DNA from: Patescibacteria group bacterium
GTDB taxonomy: Bacteria; Patescibacteriota; Patescibacteriia; XYB2-FULL-38-15
Reading direction: 5' to 3'
DNA: 64,000 nt
Assembly (NCBI GenBank): GCA_041650995.1
Contig: JBAZJZ010000001.1
Coordinates: 363,302 to 427,301, forward strand
The notes under the pieces were generated by a model. It ran no database searches. It saw nothing but the letters and a program-made list of their open reading frames with translations, and was not told the origin of the DNA. The position numbers and the translations under genes are program-made. Within the stretch, counting starts at the first letter, position 1, and each line of letters opens with the position of its first letter. Below are positions 27,253-37,827 of this stretch, piece after piece.

Positions 27253-29871
27253 TTAATTAACTGAAGAATTATTTAAAATTCTCATCTCTTTTTTATGTCT
27301 AGTGATAAAAATAAATTTTACTAACTCAATCAACAAAAGATTTATCAATCCCAAGAATAATATAATTCCCCAGTCGCGGATACCTAATGGCACAGTTCTC
27401 AAAACTTTTTGAAAAAAAGGAACATAAAGTGCGATGAAAAACATTAAAAAACCAAAAATCACAGAAATATTTAAAAATTTATTTTTAAAAGGGTTCATGT
27501 GCCAAAGAGAAAACCTTAAACTTCTGCAACTCCAAACATAAAATAATGAATTAATCCCAAGCCCCACGAATACAATCGTCCTTGTATATTCAATGTCTTG
27601 GTATATTTCCCAAAAATAATAAAATAAACCAAAAAGTAACAGATCTGTAAAAATTCCTATAACAAAAATTATAATTTTCATTTCCGCATTTAAAATATTT
27701 TCTGTCTTTTTTCTCGGTTTTTCCCGCATCAATCCTCTTTCTTCTGGCTCAAAAGAAAGAGCAATGGACGGCAAACCATCTTCAATTAAATTAACCCAAA
27801 GAATTTGCGCCGCCAAAACCGGCAATGGCAGCCCCAAAAGCAAACTTCCACCAACCAAAATCATCTCCGTAAAACTATCAGACAAAAGGTATGTAATAAC
27901 TTTTCTGATATTTTCAAAAATTGCCCGCCCTTGCTTAACTGCTTTGACAATAGTAGCAAAATTATCATCCAAAAGAACCATATCCGAAACTTCTTTTGCT
28001 ACCTCTGTTCCAGAGCCAAGCGCAACTCCTATGTCTGCTTTTTTGAGGGCCGGAGCGTCGTTTACTCCGTCGCCAGTCATAGCGACCACTTCACCCTTTT
28101 TCTGCCACGCTTCAATAATTCTCATTTTATGTTGCGGCAGAACGCGAGCATAAACATTAACTTGCCTCAATATTGAATTAAACTTTTCATCATTCATTTT
28201 ATCTAAATCCTTGCCTTCTAAGATATTCTCTTCCCCCGCCGGCAAGCCGATTTCTTGGGCAATCGTTTTTGCAGTCAATCTATGATCACCAGTGATAAGA
28301 ATCGGTCTAATCCCAGCTTTTTTGCACGCCTCCATTGTGTCTCTTGCCTCTTGCCGTAAAGGATCTTTCAGGGCGACCAAACCAACTAAAACCAAATCTT
28401 TTAATTCCTCGAGATTTCCATCTTCCTTGTAGGCAACAGCCAAAAGCCTAAGTCCTTTTTGAGTTAAATCATCAATTTCTTTCTCAAAATTTTTAATTCT
28501 ATCCCCGCTGAATTTTTCTTTTTCGCCGTTAACCTCCAACCACCCAGACATTTCTAATACCACTTCCGGCGCCCCCTTTATAAAAATAACTTTTGAATTT
28601 CCGACGGCGTGTAACGTCGCCATATATTTTTTTTCTTCATCAAAAGGAATTTCATCAATTCTTGGTTTTTGTTTTTCAATTTCTTCTTTCCGCAAACCGG
28701 TTTGAAGAGCCGCTAAAAGCAACGCTTGTTCCGTGGCATCACCTAAAATAACTAAATTTTCTAATTCTTCTTCTGGATTTTGAATAACTGCGTTATTACA
28801 CAAAAGACCAATCTCTAAAACCCTAATTCTTGATTTCTCGCTTTTACTTTCAGTAAAAATATGATCCACCATCATTTTTCCAAGCGTGATAGTTCCTGTT
28901 TTATCCGAACAAATTACCGAAACACTACCCAACGTTTCTGCGGCGACTAATTTTCTGACAAGTGCCCTTTCCTTGAGAATCCTCTGCATGCCAATCGCTA
29001 AAATTACAGTAAGAGCAACAAGCAAACCCTCTGGGATAGCCGCTACCGCCACAGCTACCGCCGTTAAAAATATTTCAATAAACGGCCTACCCTGGACAAT
29101 TCCAAATAAAAAAATGCATAGACACAACACAGAAAAAACCACCGCAAGCCATTTGCTAAATTTTGATAACTGTTTTTGGAGCGGAGTCTTTTCTTCTCCC
29201 GCCTCTTTTACCATCAAAGCAATCTTTCCCAGCTCTGTCCGAACGCCAGTTTCTATCACGACCGCCTTCCCTCGCCCACGGACCACATTAGTTCCCATAT
29301 AAACTATATTTTCCCTATCCGCCAAAACAGTTCCTGCGGCTAAAATTTTTACGTCTTTATTTGATGGCGCTGATTCACCGGTTAGGGGAGCCTCAATAAT
29401 TTGCAAATTATGAGCTTCCACTAACCTAGCGTCTGCCGTGATTTTATCTCCCGCTTCAACTAAAATAATGTCACCCGGCACTAACTCCTCTGCATTGATC
29501 TCCATTTCCTTCCCATTTCTTATTACTCTTGCCTTATGTTCAATCATCATCCTTAAACGCTCAATAGTTTTTTCAGCCTTCACTTCTTGAAAAAATCCTA
29601 CGATTGTATTTAATAAAACAGCGGCCAAGATCACTCCCGTATCAATAAATTCATCCAAAAAAATAGTAATGATCGCCGCAACTAACAAAATATAAACTAA
29701 GGGGCTTTTAAACTGATTAAAAAAAATCTGAAGCTGCGTTAATTTTTTTTCTTCAGGTAATTTATTTGGTCCAATTTTTTCTAATCTTTGTGCTGCTTCC
29801 GTTTTATCCAAACCATCCTCTGAAACATTCAATTTAGTTAGTACTTCTTTTATTTCTAAACTATGCCACAT
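27253..29871 (-). CDS. cation-transporting P-type ATPase (P2-type, Ca/Mg-like)
   Basis: ICSDKTGTIT phosphorylation motif, TGDGVNDAPAL, ten TM helices. Confidence 0.85.
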   Translation of the reverse strand: MWHSLEIKEVLTKLNVSEDGLDKTEAAQRLEKIGPNKLPEEKKLTQLQIFFNQFKSPLVYILLVAAIITIFLDEFIDTGVILAAVLLNTIVGFFQEVKAEKTIERLRMMIEHKARVIRNGKEMEINAEELVPGDIILVEAGDKITADARLVEAHNLQIIEAPLTGESAPSNKDVKILAAGTVLADRENIVYMGTNVVRGRGKAVVIETGVRTELGKIALMVKEAGEEKTPLQKQLSKFSKWLAVVFSVLCLCIFLFGIVQGRPFIEIFLTAVAVAVAAIPEGLLVALTVILAIGMQRILKERALVRKLVAAETLGSVSVICSDKTGTITLGKMMVDHIFTESKSEKSRIRVLEIGLLCNNAVIQNPEEELENLVILGDATEQALLLAALQTGLRKEEIEKQKPRIDEIPFDEEKKYMATLHAVGNSKVIFIKGAPEVVLEMSGWLEVNGEKEKFSGDRIKNFEKEIDDLTQKGLRLLAVAYKEDGNLEELKDLVLVGLVALKDPLRQEARDTMEACKKAGIRPILITGDHRLTAKTIAQEIGLPAGEENILEGKDLDKMNDEKFNSILRQVNVYARVLPQHKMRIIEAWQKKGEVVAMTGDGVNDAPALKKADIGVALGSGTEVAKEVSDMVLLDDNFATIVKAVKQGRAIFENIRKVITYLLSDSFTEMILVGGSLLLGLPLPVLAAQILWVNLIEDGLPSIALSFEPEERGLMREKPRKKTENILNAEMKIIIFVIGIFTDLLLFGLFYYFWEIYQDIEYTRTIVFVGLGINSLFYVWSCRSLRFSLWHMNPFKNKFLNISVIFGFLMFFIALYVPFFQKVLRTVPLGIRDWGIILFLGLINLLLIELVKFIFITRHKKEMRILNNSSVN

Positions 29872-29885
29872 AACATAAATTTTAT

Positions 29886-31460
29886 TTAAATTAACGTTGT
29901 GCCAGTCATCTCCTCTGGTTGATCAATGTTCATTATTTTCAAAATTGTTGGGGCAATATCGGCTAAAACTCCGACCGGAGACATTAAACTAAGATCTGTC
30001 CCCGGAGGACAAGCCGCGCCGACCCGATCTTTCAATTCTCGCCCGGCCAGAATAAATGGCACGGGGTTTGTGCTATGCTCTTTATCCATTTCTTCGGTTT
30101 GCAAATTAACAATTTCTTCCGCGTTGCCGTGATCCGCGGTAAGCGCGAGTACCCCACCCATGGGCAGAATGATATCTGCCAGCTGACCGATACATTTATC
30201 CACTGTCTCCACGGCCTCCACCGTTGCTTTATAATTTCCCGTATGTCCGACCATATCGGCATTCGCGAAATTCACTACAATAAAATCATATTTTCGCGAC
30301 ATTATCTCTTTGACTAATTTTTCGGTAATAATTTTGGCGGACATTTCCGGCTTCTCGGCATAAGAAGCGACGTGCGGCGAAGGGACAATTATCCGGTCTT
30401 CCCCGGGAAACTCCTCTTCCTTCATACCATTAAAAAAGAACGTCACGTGGGCGTATTTTTCCGTTTCGGCAATGTGGAGTTGTTTTAATCCGGCCTCGCT
30501 TAACACTTTTGCCAAACATACTTTTATTTCTTCCGGCGGAAAAATTACTTCAACCGGCAAGCCGGCTTCGTATTCCGTCATCGTGGCAAAAAATAATTTC
30601 GGGGGGAAATTATCTCTTCCAAATTTATCAAAATCGGGAATGACAAAAGTTTTAGTCATCTGCCTTGCGCGGTCGGCACGATAATTGAAAAAAATCATTG
30701 CGTCATTTTCCGAAATCGTGGCTACGGGTTTTTTTCTCTCCAAAATTACGACTGGAACAAACTCTTCATCATAAACTTTTTTCGCGTATGATTTTTTTAT
30801 TGCTTCTAATGGATCAGAAAAATATTCCTCGCTTTTTCCCTCGGCAATAGCGCGGTAAGCTTTTTCCGTCCTATCCCAACGATTATCGCGATCCATCGCA
30901 TAAAAACGTCCAGAAATTGTAGCAATTTTTCCCACGCCGCACTCTTTTATTTTTCCCTGCAATTTTTCAATAAAATCCAACCCGCTATTGTAAATTGTAT
31001 CCCGCCCATCCAAAAAACAATGGATAAAAACATTTTTTATTTTTTGTTCTTTGGCAAATTTTAGTAATGCGTAAAGGTGTTCAATTGTCGTATGGACACG
31101 ACCATTGCTCACGAGACCCATCAAGTGAAGACTCGATTTATTTTTTTTAACATGAGCGGCGGCGTCACGCAAAACCTTATTGCGGAAAAAAGAACAATCG
31201 CTAATTGCCTTATTGATTCGGGGAAGTGTCTGATAAAAAATTCTCCCAGTCCCGATATTTAAATGTCCAACTTCCGAAGTTCCCATCTCTCCCCAAGAAA
31301 GGCCAACTTCTTCTCCTGATGCCCGAAGCGTCATCGCGGGATACGTGGCGATTAATTTATCAATATTTGGCGTTTCTGCTCCGGCAACGGCATTACCCTT
31401 TCCTTCCGGGGCAATCCCCCACCCGTCTAAAATAGCAAGCATTACTGGTTTTGGACGCAT
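29886..31460 (-). CDS. gpmI: 2,3-bisphosphoglycerate-independent phosphoglycerate mutase
   Basis: LDGWGIAP N-terminus, metal-binding motifs ADHGN. Confidence 0.85.
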   Translation of the reverse strand: MRPKPVMLAILDGWGIAPEGKGNAVAGAETPNIDKLIATYPAMTLRASGEEVGLSWGEMGTSEVGHLNIGTGRIFYQTLPRINKAISDCSFFRNKVLRDAAAHVKKNKSSLHLMGLVSNGRVHTTIEHLYALLKFAKEQKIKNVFIHCFLDGRDTIYNSGLDFIEKLQGKIKECGVGKIATISGRFYAMDRDNRWDRTEKAYRAIAEGKSEEYFSDPLEAIKKSYAKKVYDEEFVPVVILERKKPVATISENDAMIFFNYRADRARQMTKTFVIPDFDKFGRDNFPPKLFFATMTEYEAGLPVEVIFPPEEIKVCLAKVLSEAGLKQLHIAETEKYAHVTFFFNGMKEEEFPGEDRIIVPSPHVASYAEKPEMSAKIITEKLVKEIMSRKYDFIVVNFANADMVGHTGNYKATVEAVETVDKCIGQLADIILPMGGVLALTADHGNAEEIVNLQTEEMDKEHSTNPVPFILAGRELKDRVGAACPPGTDLSLMSPVGVLADIAPTILKIMNIDQPEEMTGTTLI

Positions 31461-31484
31461 ATCAAAATTAAAAAATAAATTAAT

Positions 31485-33047
31485 TTATAAAAGCAGACTT
31501 TTTTTTGTCATTTCTCTCGGGGTTGTTACATCCATTATATCAAGAACGGTCGGCGCGACATTTGCCAAAACTCCTTTTGGTAAAACCTTTCTCCTTAAAT
31601 TTTTAAAACTAGGCCCAACCACAATAAAAGGCACCGGATTTACAGAATGTTCAGTATCAACTTCTCCACTTTTTAAGTTTACCATTTCCTCAACATTCCC
31701 GTGATCAGCAGTAACAATCGTTGTTCCTTCTTTTCTCCAAACACCCCGGATAATTTTACCAACACATTTATCAACCGTCTGCACCGCCCGAATTCCAGCG
31801 AACAAATTTCCCGTGTGGCCAATCATGTCGGGATTACAAAAATTCACCACTATAAAATCATATTGTCCGCTGTCAATGTGCCTCCTAACTTCTGTGACTA
31901 CTTTTTCCGCGTTCATTTCCGGCCTATCTTCGTAATGCGGTGTTGCAAGCGACGGGATTCTGATGCGTTCTTCGCCGTAAAGCGCGTCAGCGTTACCGCC
32001 ATTAAAAAAATACGTGACGTGCGCATATTTTTCTGCTTCAGCAATGTAAATTTGTTTTTTATCGCGAAGAACCGCCGGTAGGGCGCTTAAAATATTACGA
32101 GACGGATAAGCTGTCAAAAGATAAGGAAGATCCGGACCAAAGTCCGTCATCGCCGCGAAAATAATATTTTTAGGAATTTTTTTTCTTTTGAACGAACCTG
32201 GATTTTTCCCCGTAAAATCTTTTTGCACAAAGGTTTTTGTGATTTCTCTCGCTCTGTCTGAACGTAAATTAAAGAAAATTATCACATCATTATCACCTAT
32301 TGTCGCGACGGGCTTATGATCATTTGTAATAACCGTAGGTATAATAAATTCATCTGTCTCGCCGCGATTGTATGCGGAAGAAATCGCCGCTTCGGCCGAT
32401 TCCGCCGTCGCTCCCTCGCCCGCGACCATTGCGTTGTAAGCCGCTTCAATTCTCGGCCATCGCTTAATGCGATCCATGGCATAAAAACGCCCCATAATTG
32501 ATGCGATCTTTTCGCCATTATGAAAATGCGTTTTTAATTTTGGCAACAATCTGATCGCGGCGAAACGCGAAGAATCGCGGCCATCGGTAAAAAGATGCAA
32601 GAAAACTTTTTTTATTTCGTGCCGACTCAATAAATCTAACACAGCGTAAAGATGACCTGGGGAAGAATGAGCGCTCTCGCCATTTGATAATAAGCCCATT
32701 ACGTGAACTTTACTCTGATACTTTTCTGCATATTTTATGGCTTCAAGGAAAGCGGTATTTTTAAAGAATGTCCCATCTTTAATACTTTCATTAATATAAA
32801 CCGCATCTTGCTTAACAACCCAACCGGCAGACAAGTTCATATGGCCCGCCTCCGAGTTTCCCTCCTGATTGTGAGGCAATCCAACATTTTTTCCGTGCGC
32901 CAAAAGAAGGGTGTGGGGAAATTCTTTCCAAAGCGCTGACATGGTCGGCGTCTTGGCCAACGTCACGGCATTGCCAGGGCCTGGCGGCGCGATTCCCCAA
33001 CCATCGAGAATAACTAAAACGATTGGCTTTTTATTATTTTTAGCCAT
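31485..33047 (-). CDS. gpmI: 2,3-bisphosphoglycerate-independent phosphoglycerate mutase, divergent tandem paralog
   Basis: same family motifs (LDGWGIAP, TADHGN). Confidence 0.85.
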   Translation of the reverse strand: MAKNNKKPIVLVILDGWGIAPPGPGNAVTLAKTPTMSALWKEFPHTLLLAHGKNVGLPHNQEGNSEAGHMNLSAGWVVKQDAVYINESIKDGTFFKNTAFLEAIKYAEKYQSKVHVMGLLSNGESAHSSPGHLYAVLDLLSRHEIKKVFLHLFTDGRDSSRFAAIRLLPKLKTHFHNGEKIASIMGRFYAMDRIKRWPRIEAAYNAMVAGEGATAESAEAAISSAYNRGETDEFIIPTVITNDHKPVATIGDNDVIIFFNLRSDRAREITKTFVQKDFTGKNPGSFKRKKIPKNIIFAAMTDFGPDLPYLLTAYPSRNILSALPAVLRDKKQIYIAEAEKYAHVTYFFNGGNADALYGEERIRIPSLATPHYEDRPEMNAEKVVTEVRRHIDSGQYDFIVVNFCNPDMIGHTGNLFAGIRAVQTVDKCVGKIIRGVWRKEGTTIVTADHGNVEEMVNLKSGEVDTEHSVNPVPFIVVGPSFKNLRRKVLPKGVLANVAPTVLDIMDVTTPREMTKKSLLL

Positions 33048-33100
33048 AAATTAAATCTTAAATCTGGAACTTTAACTTTCTGGAACTTTAACTTTTCAAT

Positions 33101-33916
33101 CTATTTTATCTCGTAACTCACAGTCACATTCACGACAATATCCATGCTGCCGCTTTCTACGGTAGGCGCAACTGCTTCTTCACCCCCTCCGCCATAACCA
33201 AGTGCGTCAAATGATTTATACGCCGAATATGGAGTTGACGTGTATTCGCTAAAAGATACTATTTTTCCAAGATCCACGCCAGCCACGCGCGCCAAGGCGT
33301 CTGCTTTTTCTTTCGCGTTTTCTAAAGCCTTCACTCTCGCTTCTTGCCGCAAAGCTTCAGGGTCATCAATATTGAAAGATAAGCCGCTCACTTGATTCGC
33401 GCCATTTTCACCAGCTGCCGCCAAAATGTCTCCAATTTTTGTCAAATTTCTAATTTTTACCGTAACGCCCTGGCTCACTTGGTAACCTCGTAAAATCTGT
33501 TTTCCGTTCGGCCAATCATACTGAGGATAAATATTGTAATAACTTGTTTGGATATCTTTACTCTCCACTCCTAAATTTTTTAAATTCGTGATAAGCCTGT
33601 TCATTTTATCAGTATTTTCTTTTTGGGCACTCTTCACGTCAGGTTTTTCGGTCTGCAGCCCCACGCTAATCGTAGCAATATCCGGGATGCCGGTAACTTT
33701 CCCTTCGCCGGAAATGGCAATTGTGTCTCGCTCCGCCGTCGGTTTACCGATGTATTGGTAGCTCTTTAGATTGTTCGCGACGAGCGTCCCTAAAAATACC
33801 AAAAATCCGAGTATCACGAGCGAGACAAACACCGCGAAAACTTTGTTGTTTTTCCACGATGGCCAACAACAATTTTCCATATTTTTGACAAACGACAGAC
33901 AGCTCGCGACGAACAA
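33101..33916 (-). CDS. SIMPL/DUF541-domain protein (YggE-like); start codon uncertain
   Basis: TM anchor then SIMPL-like repeats. Confidence 0.5.
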   Translation of the reverse strand: MFVASCLSFVKNMENCCWPSWKNNKVFAVFVSLVILGFLVFLGTLVANNLKSYQYIGKPTAERDTIAISGEGKVTGIPDIATISVGLQTEKPDVKSAQKENTDKMNRLITNLKNLGVESKDIQTSYYNIYPQYDWPNGKQILRGYQVSQGVTVKIRNLTKIGDILAAAGENGANQVSGLSFNIDDPEALRQEARVKALENAKEKADALARVAGVDLGKIVSFSEYTSTPYSAYKSFDALGYGGGGEEAVAPTVESGSMDIVVNVTVSYEIK

Positions 33917-33955
33917 TAAAGTGTTGGTCGTTAGTTGTTAGTCGTAAGTTGTTAA

Positions 33956-35152
33956 TTATTTTAATAATGGTTTAACTCCGGGCAAAATTTTCCCCTCCAG
34001 GAATTCCAACATCGCTCCCCCGCCAGTGGAAACATGATCAATATATTCGGACATACCGGTTTTTTCTATTGCTTCAATTGTTTCCCCTCCACCCACGACA
34101 CCAAAAACTTTTCCCTTAGATCGCGCCGCAATAAGCCGTCCGAGCGCAACCGACCCATGACTATATTTTGAAATTTCAAAATACCCCATTGGCCCGTTCC
34201 AAACAATAGTTTGCGCTTTTCTGATAATTTCAGAATATTTTTTAATAGTTTCCGGACCGATGTCTAAAAGCGCATAAGGTTTTTTACAAAGTACTGTTTT
34301 ATTTTTCAGCACACCAGCCACTCGCGCTTTCTTCCCTTTAAAATCCCCTACTACAAAATCTACGGGCAAAATAATCTTTTTGTTCTTCAAAAGTTTTTTT
34401 GCCGTTTTTAATTCTTTTGCCTCATACACCGAGGCGCCGATGCCATAGCCCTTTGCGGCAAAAAAATTATTAACCAGCGCTCCGCCCAAAAGAAGCGAGT
34501 TAACTTTTTTCAATAAATTTTCTATTACGGAAATTTTTGTGGAAATTTTTGCTCCGCCAATTAAGGCGACAAACGGTTTTGACGGCTTCCCGACCAGACT
34601 ACTTAAAACGCTGATTTCTTTCTTCATTAAAAGTCCCGCATAGCTCGGCAAAAATTTTGGGACGCCAACAATAGAAGCGTGCGCCCGATGTGCCGCGGCA
34701 AAAGCGTCATTTACGTAAAGATCTGCCAAACTCGCGAGTCCCGCGGCAAATTTTTTATCATTTTTTTCCTCGCCTGGATGAAAGCGCAAATTTTCTAGCA
34801 TCATCACTTCACCGGTCTTCATCGCGTCAATTTTTTTCAATCCTTTTTTACCAACCCAGTCGGTAGGCACTCTCCCTTTCATTAATAAAAATTTTCCGAG
34901 CACAACGCCAATCGGCTTCAAACTTAAATTATTCTTCACTTTCCCGCCCGGATCCCCCAAATGGCTCATCAATATTACCTTAGCTCCTTGCCCTAAAAGA
35001 TATTTTATTGTTGGCAAAGCCGCCCTGATTCTCGTATCATCGGCCACAACAATTTTTGTCCCGGATTTTTTAAGCGGAACATTAAAATCAACTCGGACGA
35101 GCACCCGCTTGCCTTTTAGACTTTTGATTTGGTCAATCGTTTTTAATCTCAT
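33956..35152 (-). CDS. pgk: phosphoglycerate kinase
   Basis: RVDFNVP and hinge motifs; start taken at MRLKTID. Confidence 0.85.
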   Translation of the reverse strand: MRLKTIDQIKSLKGKRVLVRVDFNVPLKKSGTKIVVADDTRIRAALPTIKYLLGQGAKVILMSHLGDPGGKVKNNLSLKPIGVVLGKFLLMKGRVPTDWVGKKGLKKIDAMKTGEVMMLENLRFHPGEEKNDKKFAAGLASLADLYVNDAFAAAHRAHASIVGVPKFLPSYAGLLMKKEISVLSSLVGKPSKPFVALIGGAKISTKISVIENLLKKVNSLLLGGALVNNFFAAKGYGIGASVYEAKELKTAKKLLKNKKIILPVDFVVGDFKGKKARVAGVLKNKTVLCKKPYALLDIGPETIKKYSEIIRKAQTIVWNGPMGYFEISKYSHGSVALGRLIAARSKGKVFGVVGGGETIEAIEKTGMSEYIDHVSTGGGAMLEFLEGKILPGVKPLLK

Positions 35153-35241
35153 AATATTTGATAAAAACAACCAATTACTTAATTACTACCAATTACTTAA
35201 TTACAACGAGGTAATTAGGTAATTGCTATTTTATTATTTTG

Positions 35242-35499
35242 CTATTTATCCCCCTCAATTTCTTCAAGTTCCCACGTGTCGGCTTTTATTTTTTTTACCA
35301 CCACCTCTGCGTTTTCCGCTTTTGTCCCACGCGCGAGCGTGCCGACGTTAAATTTCAAATTCTCCGGATTTATTTCCGAACCATGTTCAATCACGCTGCC
35401 AAGGCCAATGACAATTTTTGTCACCTTCTTCAATTTATTTTTCTCGGCATGATCCAAAACTAATTTTAAAATTCTATCTGCTTCATGTAAGTCGTGCAT
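35242..35499 (-). CDS. hypA: HypA-like Ni-insertion protein, N-terminal domain only (no zinc finger)
   Basis: MHDLHEAD N-terminal MHE Ni-binding motif; 85 aa; no CxxC pairs. Confidence 0.45.
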   Translation of the reverse strand: MHDLHEADRILKLVLDHAEKNKLKKVTKIVIGLGSVIEHGSEINPENLKFNVGTLARGTKAENAEVVVKKIKADTWELEEIEGDK

Positions 35500-35536
35500 A
35501 CAATAAATTACGTATTAATAAATTTAAAGTAACAAT

Positions 35537-36802
35537 TTAATGCGTCGCGCAAGTCATGCAAGGATCATAAGCGCGGACCATCATATTTATTTTCCATCTT
35601 CTGTCTCGTTCATCTTTAATGTCTGCCTCATTCAAATATTTTTCTAAATCATTTTCCAAATTGTCCAAAAACTGCGCTGTTGGCGTGACAATATTGCAAG
35701 CGCGAACAATGCCGTATTTATCAATTTTATAATAATGATAAAGCGTGCCTCGCGGCGCCTCGGTCGCGGCCAAACCTTCAGAATTTTTTAAAGTATGTTT
35801 CACCATTAAAATTCTTGATTTCTCACGCAAATATTCTTTAAGTAGTTTTCTAACTTCTTCAACGCAATGGACGAGTTCCACGGCCTGCGCGTAAATATTA
35901 TGGAAAGTGTTGTAAGTCAAAATTTTTCCTGATGGCTTGTCAAAAAAAGTTAAAAATTTTTTTGCTTCGGGATTCAAATAGCGATGGCTCAAATTCAATC
36001 GCGCAATCGCGCCAGGCATAAAACTTTTTCCAAGATGGCGCGCGCGTTTTGTCGGATCACCGCTTGTTTGCTTCTCCACAATTTCTTTATAAAATTTTTT
36101 CACCGGACGGGACGATTGCACAGTTGATCCAATTATCCCATCATAAAACGGATATTCCCGCGGCGCGACAAGCCCAGTGTATTCCGTTTTCCTCTCATAT
36201 TTTGGATAGTCAAGCGCCCGAAAAAATTTTGCCGCGCCAATCGCCGCTTCAAGTACCGACTCGGTTTCGTCAATTAATCCTCTAATAATTTTATCATCAA
36301 GCACTCTTCTAAATCCGCCGATCTCCGTCACAATCAAATGCATATCCCGGCCGCCGACCACATCTTTAATTTTATTCCCAAAATCTCGAATTAAAATAAT
36401 TTTTTGGGCGAGGTTTGGATATTTTTTTATTAAATCAACATCGCTTTCATATTTAAAAAAATCCCCGAGCGATAAAAAGAAAAGATGCGCCGCGTGGCTT
36501 TGAATCGGCTCGGCAAGGACCAAAACTTTTCGGAGCCGCTCAATCTGCGGATTAATTTTCACGCCAAGAGCGTTTTCAATCGCTTTAATGCTTGTGATAT
36601 TATGCGCCACCGAACATATTCCACAAATGCGCGAAGTAACAATCGGCGTCTCAATATAATTTCGATTTAAAATTATTGATTCAATCAATCGCGCGCCAAT
36701 CGTAACTTTCATTTTAGCGTTTTTAATGTCGCCAGCGAGCATGTCGGCAAAAAAACTGGCGTGACCTTCAATTTTCGCGAGATGGCTTATTTTTATTTTC
36801 AT
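35537..36802 (-). CDS. NiFe hydrogenase large (alpha) subunit, group-3-like
   Basis: RICGICSVAH N-terminal and DPCMTCATH C-terminal NiFe ligand motifs. Confidence 0.85.
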   Translation of the reverse strand: MKIKISHLAKIEGHASFFADMLAGDIKNAKMKVTIGARLIESIILNRNYIETPIVTSRICGICSVAHNITSIKAIENALGVKINPQIERLRKVLVLAEPIQSHAAHLFFLSLGDFFKYESDVDLIKKYPNLAQKIILIRDFGNKIKDVVGGRDMHLIVTEIGGFRRVLDDKIIRGLIDETESVLEAAIGAAKFFRALDYPKYERKTEYTGLVAPREYPFYDGIIGSTVQSSRPVKKFYKEIVEKQTSGDPTKRARHLGKSFMPGAIARLNLSHRYLNPEAKKFLTFFDKPSGKILTYNTFHNIYAQAVELVHCVEEVRKLLKEYLREKSRILMVKHTLKNSEGLAATEAPRGTLYHYYKIDKYGIVRACNIVTPTAQFLDNLENDLEKYLNEADIKDERDRRWKINMMVRAYDPCMTCATH

Positions 36803-36828
36803 ATTTTCTTATATTTACTGATTAGACA

Positions 36829-37014
36829 ATTATATCAAAAAATTAAAATTAAAACAAAGCCCCCGAGTGATGCCCGGAGTGACACGCTTTAGCGTGTTAC
36901 TTACCGAAATAACAGCCTAAAGGCTGTCAGTCCGATTTATTAAAAATAAAAAAATGCCCCGTTCCATTTCTTCGGCTTTGTGAAAGCTTCAGATTTGAAA
37001 CGGGGCCAAGAGAC
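36829..37014. repeat. conserved structured flank, copy 1 (G5 terminator hairpins plus outward TGATATAAT promoter)
   Basis: about 80% identical to 56973-57176; three hairpins; extended -10 on the minus strand at 36837-36829. Confidence 0.7.
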
Positions 37015-37080
37015 CGAAAGTCCAAGGATCCGAGTGACCCGGCCTTTTTGAAGGGCCGAGTTACCCAGGATCCAAGGACC

Positions 37081-37542
37081 CTACTTGCGACGGAGCACCC
37101 GGAAGCCGCCGCCCCAGTCGTAGCCGAGCCAGCGCCAGTCCTGGCACCAGCCGTCGTCGTGCCAGCGGACGCACGCCACGAGCCCGCGGTCGACCGGGAA
37201 CCGCCAGTCCGGGAAGACGAAGACGACCTTGCCGCGGAGAGCGGCAGGGACCTCGTCCTGGTGGGCGAGGAGGAACTCGCAGTCCTCCTTGCCGAGGTTG
37301 GCGCCGAGCCTCTCGGCGCGGGCGACCATCACGCGGCCGACCACCGAGGTCTCGCCCTCCCAGAGGAAGGAGAGGATCTCGTAGGTGCGGCCGCCGATGG
37401 TCATCTCGGTGGGGAGGGAGGACTTGACGAGCGTCTCGGCGAACTCCCGCACCGCCTCGGTGTTGTCCGAGGAGACGAGTGCCGAGAACAGTTCGTCGCC
37501 GATCTCGCGCTGCAGATGGGCCGTAGAACGCAGAGTATCCAT
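37081..37542 (-). CDS. G5: GC-rich cassette protein, paralog of G8 (153 aa)
   Basis: shared block LPTEMT.GGRTYEILSFL...LGKEDCEF.LAHQDE.PAALRGK.VFVFPD with G8. Confidence 0.55.
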   Translation of the reverse strand: MDTLRSTAHLQREIGDELFSALVSSDNTEAVREFAETLVKSSLPTEMTIGGRTYEILSFLWEGETSVVGRVMVARAERLGANLGKEDCEFLLAHQDEVPAALRGKVVFVFPDWRFPVDRGLVACVRWHDDGWCQDWRWLGYDWGGGFRVLRRK

Positions 37543-37784
37543 TGCCGTTTCCTTTTGCCTCCTCTTTCGAGAAAGCGCACTCCTCGCCGACCTGGCAAAG
37601 AGGAAGCGCCGGTTTCCCAGCCTTCTTTCCAAATTTTATTATTCTTCGAGCGGAACGGAGCGAAGTCGAGAAGCGGTTCTCGACACCCCGCCGAATTGGC
37701 GGGTTGCTCGAACAATAAAATAGAGAAAGAAAACCGGGAAATTAACCAAAATTTCGCTTAAAAAGAACTATTTACTAACAATTA

Positions 37785-37813
37785 AATATACCATATTTTA
37801 ATGGTTTTGTCAA
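37785..37813 (-). promoter_or_regulatory. G5 promoter (GGGGTTGACAAAA-17-TATATT), followed by about 230-nt structured leader
   Basis: minus-strand TTGACA at 37813-37808, TATATT at 37790-37785. Confidence 0.5.
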
Positions 37814-37827
37814 CCCCATTTTTCTAT

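Noticed and set aside
37048-37761. plus-strand 237-aa ORF and other nested ORFs over G5, with similar ones over G8 (57218-57918) and G6 (47767-48461)
   Set aside because: Same GC-rich shadow-ORF artefact. The minus-strand frames are supported by paralogy between G5 and G8 and by their signals.
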